Shown here: positions 28,801-39,037 of the stretch, in pieces
Layout of the letters: every line of letters begins with the position of its first letter
Position numbering within the stretch: the stretch's first letter is position 1
Source of the DNA: Amoebidium appalachense
Taxonomy: Eukaryota; Protista; Ichthyosporea
Direction: 5' to 3'
Assembly: GCA_963693365.1 (NCBI GenBank)
Contig: CAVNZM010000004.1
Span: 8,221,093-8,285,092, forward strand
Length of the DNA: 64,000 nucleotides
Position numbers and translations under genes: made by a program
The notes under the pieces: model-generated
Told to the model about the DNA's origin: nothing
The model's database searches: none
The model's input: only the letters and a program-made list of their open reading frames with translations

Positions 28801-31800
28801 CACTTCCTCTACAGCATGAACATGTCTATTGCTGGTGTTGTCTTTGATGATGCCAATGCCGATGGCGTGCAGAATGCTGGGGAGGCAGGTGTCGTGGGTG
28901 TTAGCGTCACTCTTACGGCTGCTGATGGTACAGTGAAGACTGCCGTCACGAATACGAACGGCGCGTATGCCTTTGACTCTACCATCGCCAATGGCAACTA
29001 TGTCGTTGCAGTGGATGCCACCACCATCCCAGCAGGTATTGCAAGAATCACGGAGCAAGACGGCAGCCGCGACGGAAAGACCAACATCACTTATGCTGGC
29101 ACACCGCTGAACTCCGTGGACTTTGGTCTGGCCAAGACATCAACCATCAGTGGTGTTCTGTTCAAGGATGTTAATGGCGACGGTGTTGCTGGTGCAGGCG
29201 AAGGCCTCGGCAATGTGACGGTCATCCTGGTGCTCCCGGATGGCACGGAGCTCCGCACCACCACTGACGCAAATGGTGTATACACGTTCCCGATTATGCC
29301 AGTTGGCAACTACACGGTGAAGGTGGATGCAAGCACTGTGCCTGAGGGCTTGCGGTCTGAGTGGGAGTCTGACAACACCATGGACTTGTCTATTCCTGTT
29401 ACGGTGGCCCCAGGGCAGCCGCTGGCAGCTGACTTCCTGCTAAGCAGCAAGTGTGGTGGGTTGACATGCAGTGCATCGGCAGCCTGTGTCAACGGCACCA
29501 CTTGTGTCTGCAATGCTGGCTTCACAGGAGATGGCTCGACCTGCGCTGTGATCCCTGCAACTGTTGGCTACAAGGTGTTCTTCGATACCAACAACAACGG
29601 TGTGCTGGATGCCAGTGAGACTGGTGCCTCCAATGTGACCATTGTTGCCAAGGCAGCCGACGGCATAGAGGTGGCACGCACCACTACGGATGCTGCTGGC
29701 TTCTACAGCATTGCTCTTGCTAATGCTGGCACATACACCATCGAGCTTTTGTCGACCAGCCTGCCCACCAACGCGGCTGTGACCAAGGACCGTGACGGCA
29801 ACAATGACGGTGTTACAACTGTCACTGTAATTGCTGGTGGTGTGATTGACGATGCCAACTTTGCGGTGAAATTGTCGGGCTGCAACGGTGTCCAATGTGC
29901 TTCGAACGCTACCTGCGTCAACGACACAACGTGTGTGTGTGACAGTGGCTTCATTGGTGATGGTGTGAACTGCAATCAGTCCTGCAATGGTGTTGTATGT
30001 GCCTCTGATGCCAGCTGTGTCAATGGCACCAGTTGTGTGTGCAACATGGGCTTCACTGGTGACGGGGCCGACTGCACAAACATCCCGTCCACGATCGGCT
30101 ACAAGGTGTTCAGTGACCTCAACAAGAACGGCCAACAGGACACTGATGAACCGGGTGTTGCTAACGTGACTGTGAAGGTGTTTGCTGCCGACGGCACAAC
30201 ACTTGTTCGCACAGCAGTCACTGACAACCTGGGCTTCTATGTCATTACCAACCTCACCGCCGGTTCTTACACTGTAAAGGTGGATCAGACTACGATCCCC
30301 TCGGGTGCCAAGGTTCTTTCGGACCGCGACGGTGTTGCTGACGGCAGCACCCAGGTGACCGTTACGGCGGGCCAGGATGTGACAGATGTCAACTTTGCGC
30401 TTGAGCTTCCAGCCTTGTGTGGTGGTGTGTCCTGCAGCAGCAATGCTACCTGCGTCAACAACACGTGTGTGTGTGCCACGGGCTTCACTGGCGATGGTAC
30501 GAACTGCTTCGCCCTGAAGGCATCCATTGGTCACCTGGTGTTTGCAGACAACAATGGCAACGGCGTGTTCGATGCTGACGAGGCTGGTGTTGGCAACGTC
30601 AACTTGACGCTCAAGGACCAGGCCGGCACGGTGGTGGCAACTGCGAAGACTGATGCCCTGGGCTTCTATGCCTTCCCCAACCTGGACACTGGCACCTACA
30701 CCGTCACGGTTGATTCATCGACTATCCCTGCGGGTAGCTCTGTGTCTGGCGGGGCCACTCAGAATGCTGTGGTTACGGCTGGCCAGGTGCTCTCCACGGT
30801 GGACTTTGCGCTGCTGAATGTGGGTGCCCAGTCATCCGCTGCCTCATCGCCCAGCTCCGCAGCACCCACTAGCACTGCGGCTGCCTCGGTCTCGACGCCG
30901 GTGGCCACAACAACCACACAGGCGTCTTCAGCTGCAGCTACCACCGCTACCGCGGCATCATCTGCTGTGACAGCTGCACAGACATCTGCCCCTGCAGCTG
31001 CCACCGTTGAGGGTCTTGTTTACAACGACCTGAATGCGGACAGTGTCAGGGACACGGCTGAGACGATGGCTGGTGGTGTGACCGTGCTGCTGCTGGATGG
31101 CCAGGGTAATACGGTTGCCACCAACCAGACAGACAGCAACGGTGTGTTCGTTTTCGCCGACGTTGTGCTTGGCCAATACAGTGTTGCTCTTGACAAGACA
31201 GCCCTTCCGGCGGGTTACAATGCCACCCAGGTGCAACCTCCTTTCAGTGTTGTGGCTGGTGATGTCAAGACTGGCCTCGAGCTTGGTATGGCTTCTACGC
31301 TGTGTGGCAACCTGACATGCAGTGTCGATGCTGCCTGTGTTAACAAGGTGTGCGTGTGCAACACTGGCTTCACCGGCAACGGTGTGGAGTGCACAGTCAT
31401 TGGTGCCAGCATCGGCCACAAGGTGTTCGTGGATGTCAATAGCAATGGTTTGGATGACGACAACTCTAGCCTGGCCAATGCCACGCTAGTGCTGAAGGAT
31501 TCAACGGGCAAGGTTGTGCAGAATACTACCACGGACAGCCTTGGTCTGTACGCCTTTGTCAATGTTGTCCCAGGCACCTACACGGTGGAGCTTCAGGTTG
31601 ACCCCACCAAGTACAATGCCACGGCAGACCCCGACAGCGTCCTGGACTTCAAGACCCAGGTCACCCTCACGGCGGCCCAGGAGAACCCCGACGTCAACTT
31701 CGGCGTGGTTGGTCTTGTGGCACCTGCCGAGATAGGCTGTGGTGGAACTACCTGCGCAGCTAACGCCAGCTGTGTCAACAAGACGTGTGTGTGCAACAGT

Positions 31801-33021
31801 GGATCCACTGGTGACGGCACTACCTGCTTCGGTAAGTGTGTGGTTGGCCCTGGTGATGTGCATTGTCAGTGTATCATGTGCTTGTTTGCGAATAGAATGT
31901 TGTGAGGGGGAGAGGGGGGGGGAGGGGGGGGGGGGGGCAAACAATGCTAACTGTTCTGTATCGCCGCAGTCCTGCAAGGCAGCATCAGCGGCAAGATTTT
32001 CTCTGACGCCAACGGCAACGGTCTCGCCGATGCTAGTGAGCTTGGTGTGAATGGGGCCATTGTTGTCCTCAAGGATGCCTTTGGCACGATCATCGCCAAC
32101 CGCACGATTGATGCCACAGGCCTGTATGTCTTCCCCAACCTGGAGGTTGGAGACTACACTGTGGAAGTGCTCAACGAAACCCTGCCGGCGGGTGCTACGG
32201 CTACCTCTGGCGACCAGACCCGCATCCTCTCGGTGTCTATCACTACTCCGGGTGAAGACAAGAACACCCAGAACATCGGCTTTGCTGTTGCGGGCTGTGG
32301 CGCAAGCAAGACAGTGTGTGCAGCTTCGGCCACGTGCATCAACGGCACTTGCGTGTGCAATTCTGGTTTCACTGGCGACGGTGTTACCTGCAGTGGTATG
32401 AATCTACATTTTTGATAGATTCTGGTTTGTCTTTAATGGGTTAATGAAAGTGTGCCATTAAAGGGTGTGGGTGTGTGGGTGTTTTTTTTTTTTGGGGGGG
32501 GGGGGGGGGGGGTGGGGTGGGGGGGCAAGGGGACAGGTAGCTAACCTTTTCTTGTGCACAGCGCTCCAAGGTGCTGTTGTCGGCAAGGTGTACCAGGACC
32601 ACAGCGAGTCTGGCGTGCAGGGCATCACGGTGCAGCTGTTTGACAGCACAGGCAACAAGGTCGGCGAGACCACCACGGACTCCTCGGGCCTGTATGCCTT
32701 CCCCAACACCACTGCCGGTGCCGTCTACACCATCAAGGTTGTGCTGGCCAACGGCACCACCCTGTCGGGCGACCCGGACAGCACCAAGGACGGCCAGACA
32801 CAGGTCACCATGCCTGCCGATGGCTCCGACCTTCGTGCTGGCGCTTTTGGTGTGGTAGCAGCCACCTGTGGAACATCCAACGTGGTGTGCAGCGCCAATG
32901 CCACCTGCGCCAACAACACATGTGTCTGCAACACTGGCTTCACTGGTGATGGCCAGTTTTGTACAGGTGTGTTTACGCATTTGTGTGGTTGTTTTTTCTT
33001 TTGGGCGGGGCGGGGCGGGGG

Positions 33022-33059
<38 letters not shown>

Positions 33060-35836
33060 CTTGAGACACAAAGCTAACATTATACACCCTTGCAGTGATC
33101 CTGGGCTCGATGACGGGCAAGGTAGTAAATGACGCCAACAGGAACGGTGTTGATGACTCGGAGCAGGGCATTGCCAACATCACGGTTGAGCTGCTGGATA
33201 GCACAGGCAAGGTCATTGCCACAGTGCAGACCGGCGCTATTGGCCTCTTCGTGTTCCCCAGCCTGAACGCAGGCACTTACACTGTCCGTGTTGTGGCGCC
33301 AAGCGGCCGCAACTTGACAATCGATCCGGACAGCACCAAGGATGGCACCACCAGTGTCACCATGCCTGCCGACGGCACCGATGTTCGTGTCAACTCCTTC
33401 GGCCTGGCAGGTGGCAACACGTGCGGCACCAGCAATCTCGTCTGCAGTGGGAATGCTACCTGCGCCAACAGTACCTGCACGTGCAACACTGGCTTCACTG
33501 GCGATGGCGTTGACTGTTTCGGTAAGTGTTTCTTGAACCTGATGCGTCTCGTATGTGCGGGCTTATTTGGGTGTGGGCTGTGAAGGACGGGGGAAGGGGG
33601 GGGGGGGGCTTATCGTATGGGTATGAGGGTTCGAACAATAGACACTGACGGTTGTCTTTTCCCTCTTGCAGAAATACGCGGGGCCATCCTTGGCCGCCTG
33701 TTCTCGGATCTCAACGGCAATGGTGTGGATGACACTGAGCCTGGCCTTGCCAACGTCACGGTCCTGCTGTACGACTCTGCCAACAACGTGGTGTCCAGCT
33801 TCAAGACAGATGCTTCGGGTCTGTACGCCTTCCCGTCTTTGACACCAGGAGCCACATACAAGGTGGTCGTTGTCAAGTCCACGGCGCCGCTTGGTGCCAA
33901 CATGACTGCCGACCCTGACAGCACAATCGATGGCGAGACCCAGGTCACCATGCCAGCTGACGGCAGCGATAAGTCTGTCGCTGCATTCGGCATGGCCCCC
34001 CAGAAATGTGGTGGCCGCGTGTGCAGTGATTCGGCAACGTGCACCAACAACGTGTGTGTGTGCAACAGCGGCTTCACTGGTGACGGTGTCGGCTGCTTTG
34101 AGGTTCTAGGGTCTATCGGCCTGAAGATCTTCCGCGACGACAACGCCAACGGTGTGGATGACGGCGAGCCGGGCATCGGCAATGTCACAGTGAACCTGTT
34201 TGACGCCTCCAACAACTTCGTCAAGAGCACAACCTCGGACGCTGCCGGCCTGTACGGCTTTGCTAGCCTCCCGGCCGGCACCTACAAGGTGGTTGTGGAC
34301 GCCGGCACTGTGCCCGCAGGCAGCATTGCCACGTACGAGAAGGACGGCACTCTGGATGGCAGCGTGACGGTCACCGTGATCAATGGTGTGGAGCTTTCGG
34401 ATGTCAACTTCGGGTTCCGGCCCAAGCCTGCCGGCAACATGGTGATTTCAGGCAAGGTCTACGGCGACCTGAACACCAACGGTGCCTACGACACCGAGCC
34501 CGTGCTGATCAATGTCACGGTTCAGCTGTTCAACGCAGCCAACGTGATGCTGCAAGAGGTCACCACTGGCCTCAACGGCATCTACACGTTCACTGGCCTA
34601 ACCCCGGCCACCTACACGGTCAGGGTTGCGGCAGCCACTCTGCCGGATCCCACAGCTCCGGCCCACCAGGACCCCGATGGTGGTAATGACGGCCAAGCAG
34701 CCATCACGCTAAACAGTGCCAACATCACTAACGCCGACTTTGGCTTTGACACTGTTGGCTGCGGCAATCAGGTGTGCGACCGCAATGCCGCCTGCGACGG
34801 TGGCCTCAACGAGTGCGTGTGCAACGGCGGCTACACTGGCGATGGCTCCACCTGCTTTGAGATCCCAGGCACGTTCTCTGGTGTCGTGTTTGAGGACAAG
34901 GACAACGACGGTGCCCATGGCAACGGTGAAGGAGGCATCGGCAACGTGGTGATCACCATCACCAAGACCGATGGTGCCACCCCCATTATTGTTGACACCA
35001 AGACCACCAACGTCGACGGCTACTGGTTCAAGACCAACCTGGCCCGTGGTACCTACAAGGTGGAGATCACCGTGCCTACGGGCTACGATCTGATCAGCAA
35101 CCCGACCACCAACGGCGCTTTGGTTGGCCTTCCCATCAATCCGTTCGTCACTGTGCAACTGCCGGACGAATTCGACACCTTCAACTTCGGTGAGCTGTCG
35201 TTTGCTCTCAAGAAGACCACGGCTCGACGCCGCCGTAGCGAGGACGAGGAGCAGGCACAGCCACTGGTCAACCGCGTGCGCGGCACAGTCACTCTGGGCA
35301 ACCAGGAGGCCGGCCAGGGCAAGACCACCTGCGCCAGCTTCCGATGCCCCGTCTCCGGCTTCCTGCCCCGGCCAGCTAGCACGGCCTGTGCGGGTGCCAA
35401 GTGCCGGCTCGACGAGTGCTGCGTGCACAACGAGTTCTGGTCGGTCAGCAGCGAAGGCCACGACACAGGCCTGATCACCATTGTGCCCATGGGCGCTGCC
35501 ACGCTCAAGGTCACGGTGGACTCGGACCGCCGCATCCGCGCAAGCAGTGTGGCCATTGTCTGCCAGTCTGCTGCCTCCAGAATCCGTGCCTCGACCGTGT
35601 TCCACGAGGCTGCTGCCCACGCCGTGTCCAACATGGCGGGCTCCGGCCAGTTCTCCGAGGAGCACATCGTGGACATTTCCAAGCTCGGCTGCACAAGCGT
35701 GGCCGTGATTGTTCAGTCTACCTCTGAGGACGGGGTTGCTGCATACGCCTGCGGCTCCCGCGTCCCAGACGCACCCTACTGTGAAAACACACTGGGTGCC
35801 GACAAGATGTTCTATGTTCCATTCAAGCTGGCGTAA
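1..35836 (+). CDS. Giant secreted multi-domain glycoprotein / adhesin-like protein (about 90 SdrD-B-like repeats + 11 EGF-like domains), 5'-partial. Exons <1..31831, 31970..32395, 32562..32966, 33096..33521, 33672..35836
   Basis: The frame is already open at position 2 (CLYVPAPV), so the ORF-track GTG at 23 is not the start. ORFs 23..23746 and 23743..31905 join across a 1-nt deletion at ~23712 (ggaggcgcgac versus ggagtgcgcgac in the other repeat units). Every ~110-120-aa domain has G-x-[IV]F-x-D-x-N-x-D-G...L-x-NVTV-x-L...T-x-x-N/D-G-x-[FY]-x-F...P-G-x-Y, typical of SdrD-B-like domains. EGF-like motifs C-x4-6-C-x5-C-x4-6-C-x-C-x2-G[FY]-x-G-[DN]-G-x2-C appear from ~29450. The four GT-AG introns splice in frame and the stop TAA is at 35834-35836. 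Confidence 0.9.
8310..13911 (+). repeat. Higher-order intragenic duplication, offset 4251 bp (8310..9660 matches 12561..13911), enclosing array block 2 (~9570..11600, about 2.7 units)
   Basis: Identical or near-identical stretches recur at +4251, e.g. 8980.. versus 13231.. (YYPAPKPTGTIFNDTNGDGLLGPEDQPLANV) and 8648 versus 12899. Confidence 0.9.
13930..23770 (+). repeat. Coding tandem array block 3: about 13.7 units of 720 bp
   Basis: 720-nt periodicity from ~13930 to ~23770, with mostly the GTLL/TLPN/NANP/PLGN/TFTP variant of the unit. Confidence 0.97.
31832..31969 (+). other. Spliceosomal intron (phase 1) of the giant gene
   Basis: Donor g|gtaagt, branch gctaac, acceptor gcag|. Splicing joins EGF ...TTCF to VLQGSISGKIFSDANGNG. 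Confidence 0.92.
32396..32561 (+). other. Spliceosomal intron (phase 1) of the giant gene
   Basis: Donor g|gtatga, branch gctaac, acceptor acag|. Joins ...VTCS to ALQGAVVGKVYQD. Confidence 0.9.
32967..33095 (+). other. Spliceosomal intron (phase 1) of the giant gene
   Basis: Donor g|gtgtgt, branch gctaac, acceptor gcag|. Joins ...QFCT to VILGSMTGKVVNDANRNG. Confidence 0.9.
33522..33671 (+). other. Spliceosomal intron (phase 1) of the giant gene
   Basis: Donor g|gtaagt, branch actgac, acceptor gcag|. Joins ...VDCF to EIRGAILGRLFSDLNGNG. Confidence 0.92.
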
Positions 35837-35961
35837 ATGAGTCAGATATATACCTGGAACCCTAAGGTATAGGTAGTGATGTACCAGCTTGTAAGCTAGA
35901 CGTAAGCTAGACTAATATGTGAGTGAAAAAAAATATACAAAGTAGTGAGACAAGTTAAGTT

Positions 35962-35967
35962 AATAAA
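35962..35967 (+). promoter_or_regulatory. Candidate polyadenylation signal AATAAA of the giant gene
   Basis: AATAAA about 125 nt after the stop codon in an AT-rich 3' flank. Position alone supports the call. Confidence 0.4.
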
Positions 35968-36044
35968 GTGATTTATAATTTTGCTGCCGTGTCTTGCCTC
36001 GGGTAAACCTGCCTCGGGTAAACCCCCCCCCCCCCCCCCCCCCC

Positions 36045-36155
36045 CGCATACTGTGCACATGGCTGATGTTGCATACTTGAATGTTTGCCTTTGCATGTGT
36101 CCTGCACCATGCTTCTCGTCGTGTATGCGTACTTTGTACCGTGTTCCGCATTCAA
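36045..36155 (+). repeat. Dispersed 111-bp repeat, copy 1 (copy 2 at 59904..60014)
   Basis: Ungapped alignment with 7 mismatches (cgcatact...ccgtgttccgcattcaa). Both copies are followed by a C-run. Confidence 0.9.
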
Positions 36156-36879
36156 ACCCCCCCCCCCCCCCCCCGGTGCAAACCACGAACACACAAAAAA
36201 TTGCTGGAATAAACCCCCCACCACACACACATGTATACATGTGCACACGCAAAAAAAAGTTGACTCGGGTCAAAACCCTCCCTCCCCCTCACCCCAACCG
36301 CACACAAACAAATCTAAGTTGAGTGGAGTCAAACCACCACGGCCAACACCACCGGTCACACACGCCCCCCAAAAAAGGAGAAAGAACAAGGAAAAAAGAA
36401 AAGGAAGCTAATAAAAAGAAAAAAGAAAGAAAAGAAACTCACACGCGTGCACATGCGTACATGCGCAAACTCGTATAGACTACCGGGGGGGAAGGGGAGG
36501 GAGGGGGGGGGGGGGAATGGACAGACCGTTATGTTACTACCCTGATGCAGATGACACGGGATCAAATGGGAAGATTACTGGGCAGTAGTGTAGATAGTGG
36601 AAGATATTGTAGTTAAACGTTCGCCCCCACTATCACCTTCCCTCGTACACACACACACACCAACCCAAGAGAGTGGATCCTCGGAGATGGGCGGGGATAT
36701 TCAATTTGATAGGCCAATAGCCTTTGGCCTGAAACAGTATTGTCCAGGTTTAGTTATAACGGGTGACAAAGAGAGCCGGTGGGGATACGAGTCTGCTTAG
36801 GAGTGCTACAATAATGAGTTCATGGAGAAGAGCATAGCTATTTGGGGGGGGAGGGGGGGGGGGTTGACAGCGCTATTGC

Positions 36880-37025
36880 AATTGTGGGTAGCCCCATTTC
36901 ATGCAAACCAGGGCAATATTGTGGGTGGCCCCCTTTCATCCAAATCAGGGCTAAATTGTGGTTGGCCCCCTTTCATGCAAATCAGGGCTAAATTGTGGGT
37001 GGCCCCAAATCTCCATGCAAATCAG
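36880..37025 (+). repeat. Minisatellite, 4 copies of a ~37-bp unit (aattgtgggtggccccctttcatgcaaatcagggcta)
   Basis: Four consecutive imperfect units read directly from the sequence. Confidence 0.85.
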
Positions 37026-37681
37026 ACCGGGGAGATGGGCTGGCAGGCATGCAAAACGTACGGTATGGACGTGTCATGAATGAGCTGGAGAGTATACCGA
37101 TTGTGTGTGTTGTCTGGGGGATATATTAGACACCGCTTCAATTATCGATATCGATATGATCCTTGCCTTGTGGGTTTCAATGACTCAGGCCCCCCGGGGC
37201 AACAGGGGTTGGGGGGGGGGGGGGGGGGGGCATGGCGCATAATTATAACGTTTAATTATAACCATGGTTGATGCCATTGCCATACTTTTGCATGCTCCTG
37301 TGGTCGTTTTCATGTTTCAATTGATCAGTGCCACAACGTCGCATGCAAGTGAACTGACAGTGTGTGCACGAACAGAGCTTTGGACACACACGCGCGTGTG
37401 ACACCGTACACGTCCACAGTGTCACACATTCGCCCGCACGTGTACATGGACATATGCGCTATGCGACAAGTTGACAAATGTCACAAACGCGGACACAATC
37501 ACACACACAGTCAGGCATAGCTATTGCAATAATCCATATATTAGGTGGATTGCAGTTGCCAATGGCATGGTCAGGATCTTCGGATGTTGGCGCTGAGTCA
37601 AGGGGTGAGTGGTTGCAGTGGAGGACAGCCTCGGGGAGTAATGGCCGGTGAAACGGAGGGTGAAGGGGTGTTTGGGGGGGG

Positions 37682-37719
<38 letters not shown>

Positions 37720-38999
37720 GAAGGGGAGGTTGACTCTATATATACAAGTAGGTCTGTGCGCCGGCTGTCGCCGGCGCCAAAACATAACGAGACAGTTATT
37801 GATGTTGGGTTGTGTGGTTGTTACCTCCCCCTCCCTCCCCCCCCCCTCCCCCCCCCCCCCCCCCCCCCCCTCGCCTCACGCTTCCCCCCCACCCCCTTCC
37901 CCCCTGGCCCCCCCACCTCACATACACACGTCCCCCCCCCCCCCCCCCCCCCCAAATCCTGCAGTTGCCGGATCTGCCAAATGTTATGACCCAAATTTTC
38001 CCTTTCATTTAACCCCCCCCCCCCCCCCCCCCCCCTTTCTTGCCACACTGTGTTATCAGTCTAGGGCCGTTAGAGATTGCCATTGCCGAAGTACCAAGTT
38101 TATTTGTGGTCCTCCAAAAAACATGTAGCTGAAAACCACCAAGTGCAATATGGTCTAAATTGCTTGCAAAAATTTTATAATATTTTTATTATTTTGTTGT
38201 TTTACTTATTTTACAATACTGTTTGGTAACCCGATGATATGCATGCATATGGACAGGCAATAAAACTTTCCACGTGCACTGAGTGCCAGGTGGGCAACAT
38301 ATTTCAGTATGCCGTGCATACTTGCATATCTTTCCGTCGAATAAATCCAGTCAAAAGAAGAAAATATATATATATATATTTCAGTTAAGTCTGGAATTGG
38401 CACCCCCACGAAATGTTCCCGAACATAAAATCATCATTCTACGGTGTGTGTCAATATACCATGCTCACAAGTCAGTACTGCAATTATACTATTCTCAGTT
38501 TACTTCAAAGCATCCCCCCCCCCCCCCCCCCCCCCCCCCCGGCCCTCTTCCCATTCCCTGCCCCCCCAATTTTTTTTCTATGCTTGGCAGTTGGCACCCG
38601 TGTTTTCTAAATATATTTCCTTTCATTGTGTTCAACGTCTATGTGTGTGTGTGTGTGTGTGTGCATGTTTGTGTGTGTGTGTGTGAATGTGTGTGTGTGG
38701 GCCAAGTGAAGTTTGTATGCGTTTTTTTCTTCTTAATTGTTTTTGTATTCTATTCGATTATTACTTTGGGTGTAAATGTGGAAAAAAAAACAAATAAAGA
38801 AAACTACCAATGACCACCGCCCAGCTTGAATCACCCTAGCTCTAGTGTAAAGAAATAATCATTATCAGTCACAAACCCTTCTACTACACTCACCCCAAAT
38901 GTCATATTCACATTACTGAGTTGATTTAGTTGTGTTTTTTACTCTTTTAATGTACATGTGTTTGTGTGTATGTGTGTGTGTGTGTGTGTGCCACAGGCC

Positions 39000-39037
<38 letters not shown>

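Noticed and set aside
23-31905. Two separate genes (7907 aa and 2720 aa), or a bacterial adhesin contaminant
   Set aside because: The break is a 1-nt deletion within a repeat unit. The gene continues through spliceosomal introns and is contiguous with eukaryotic genes.
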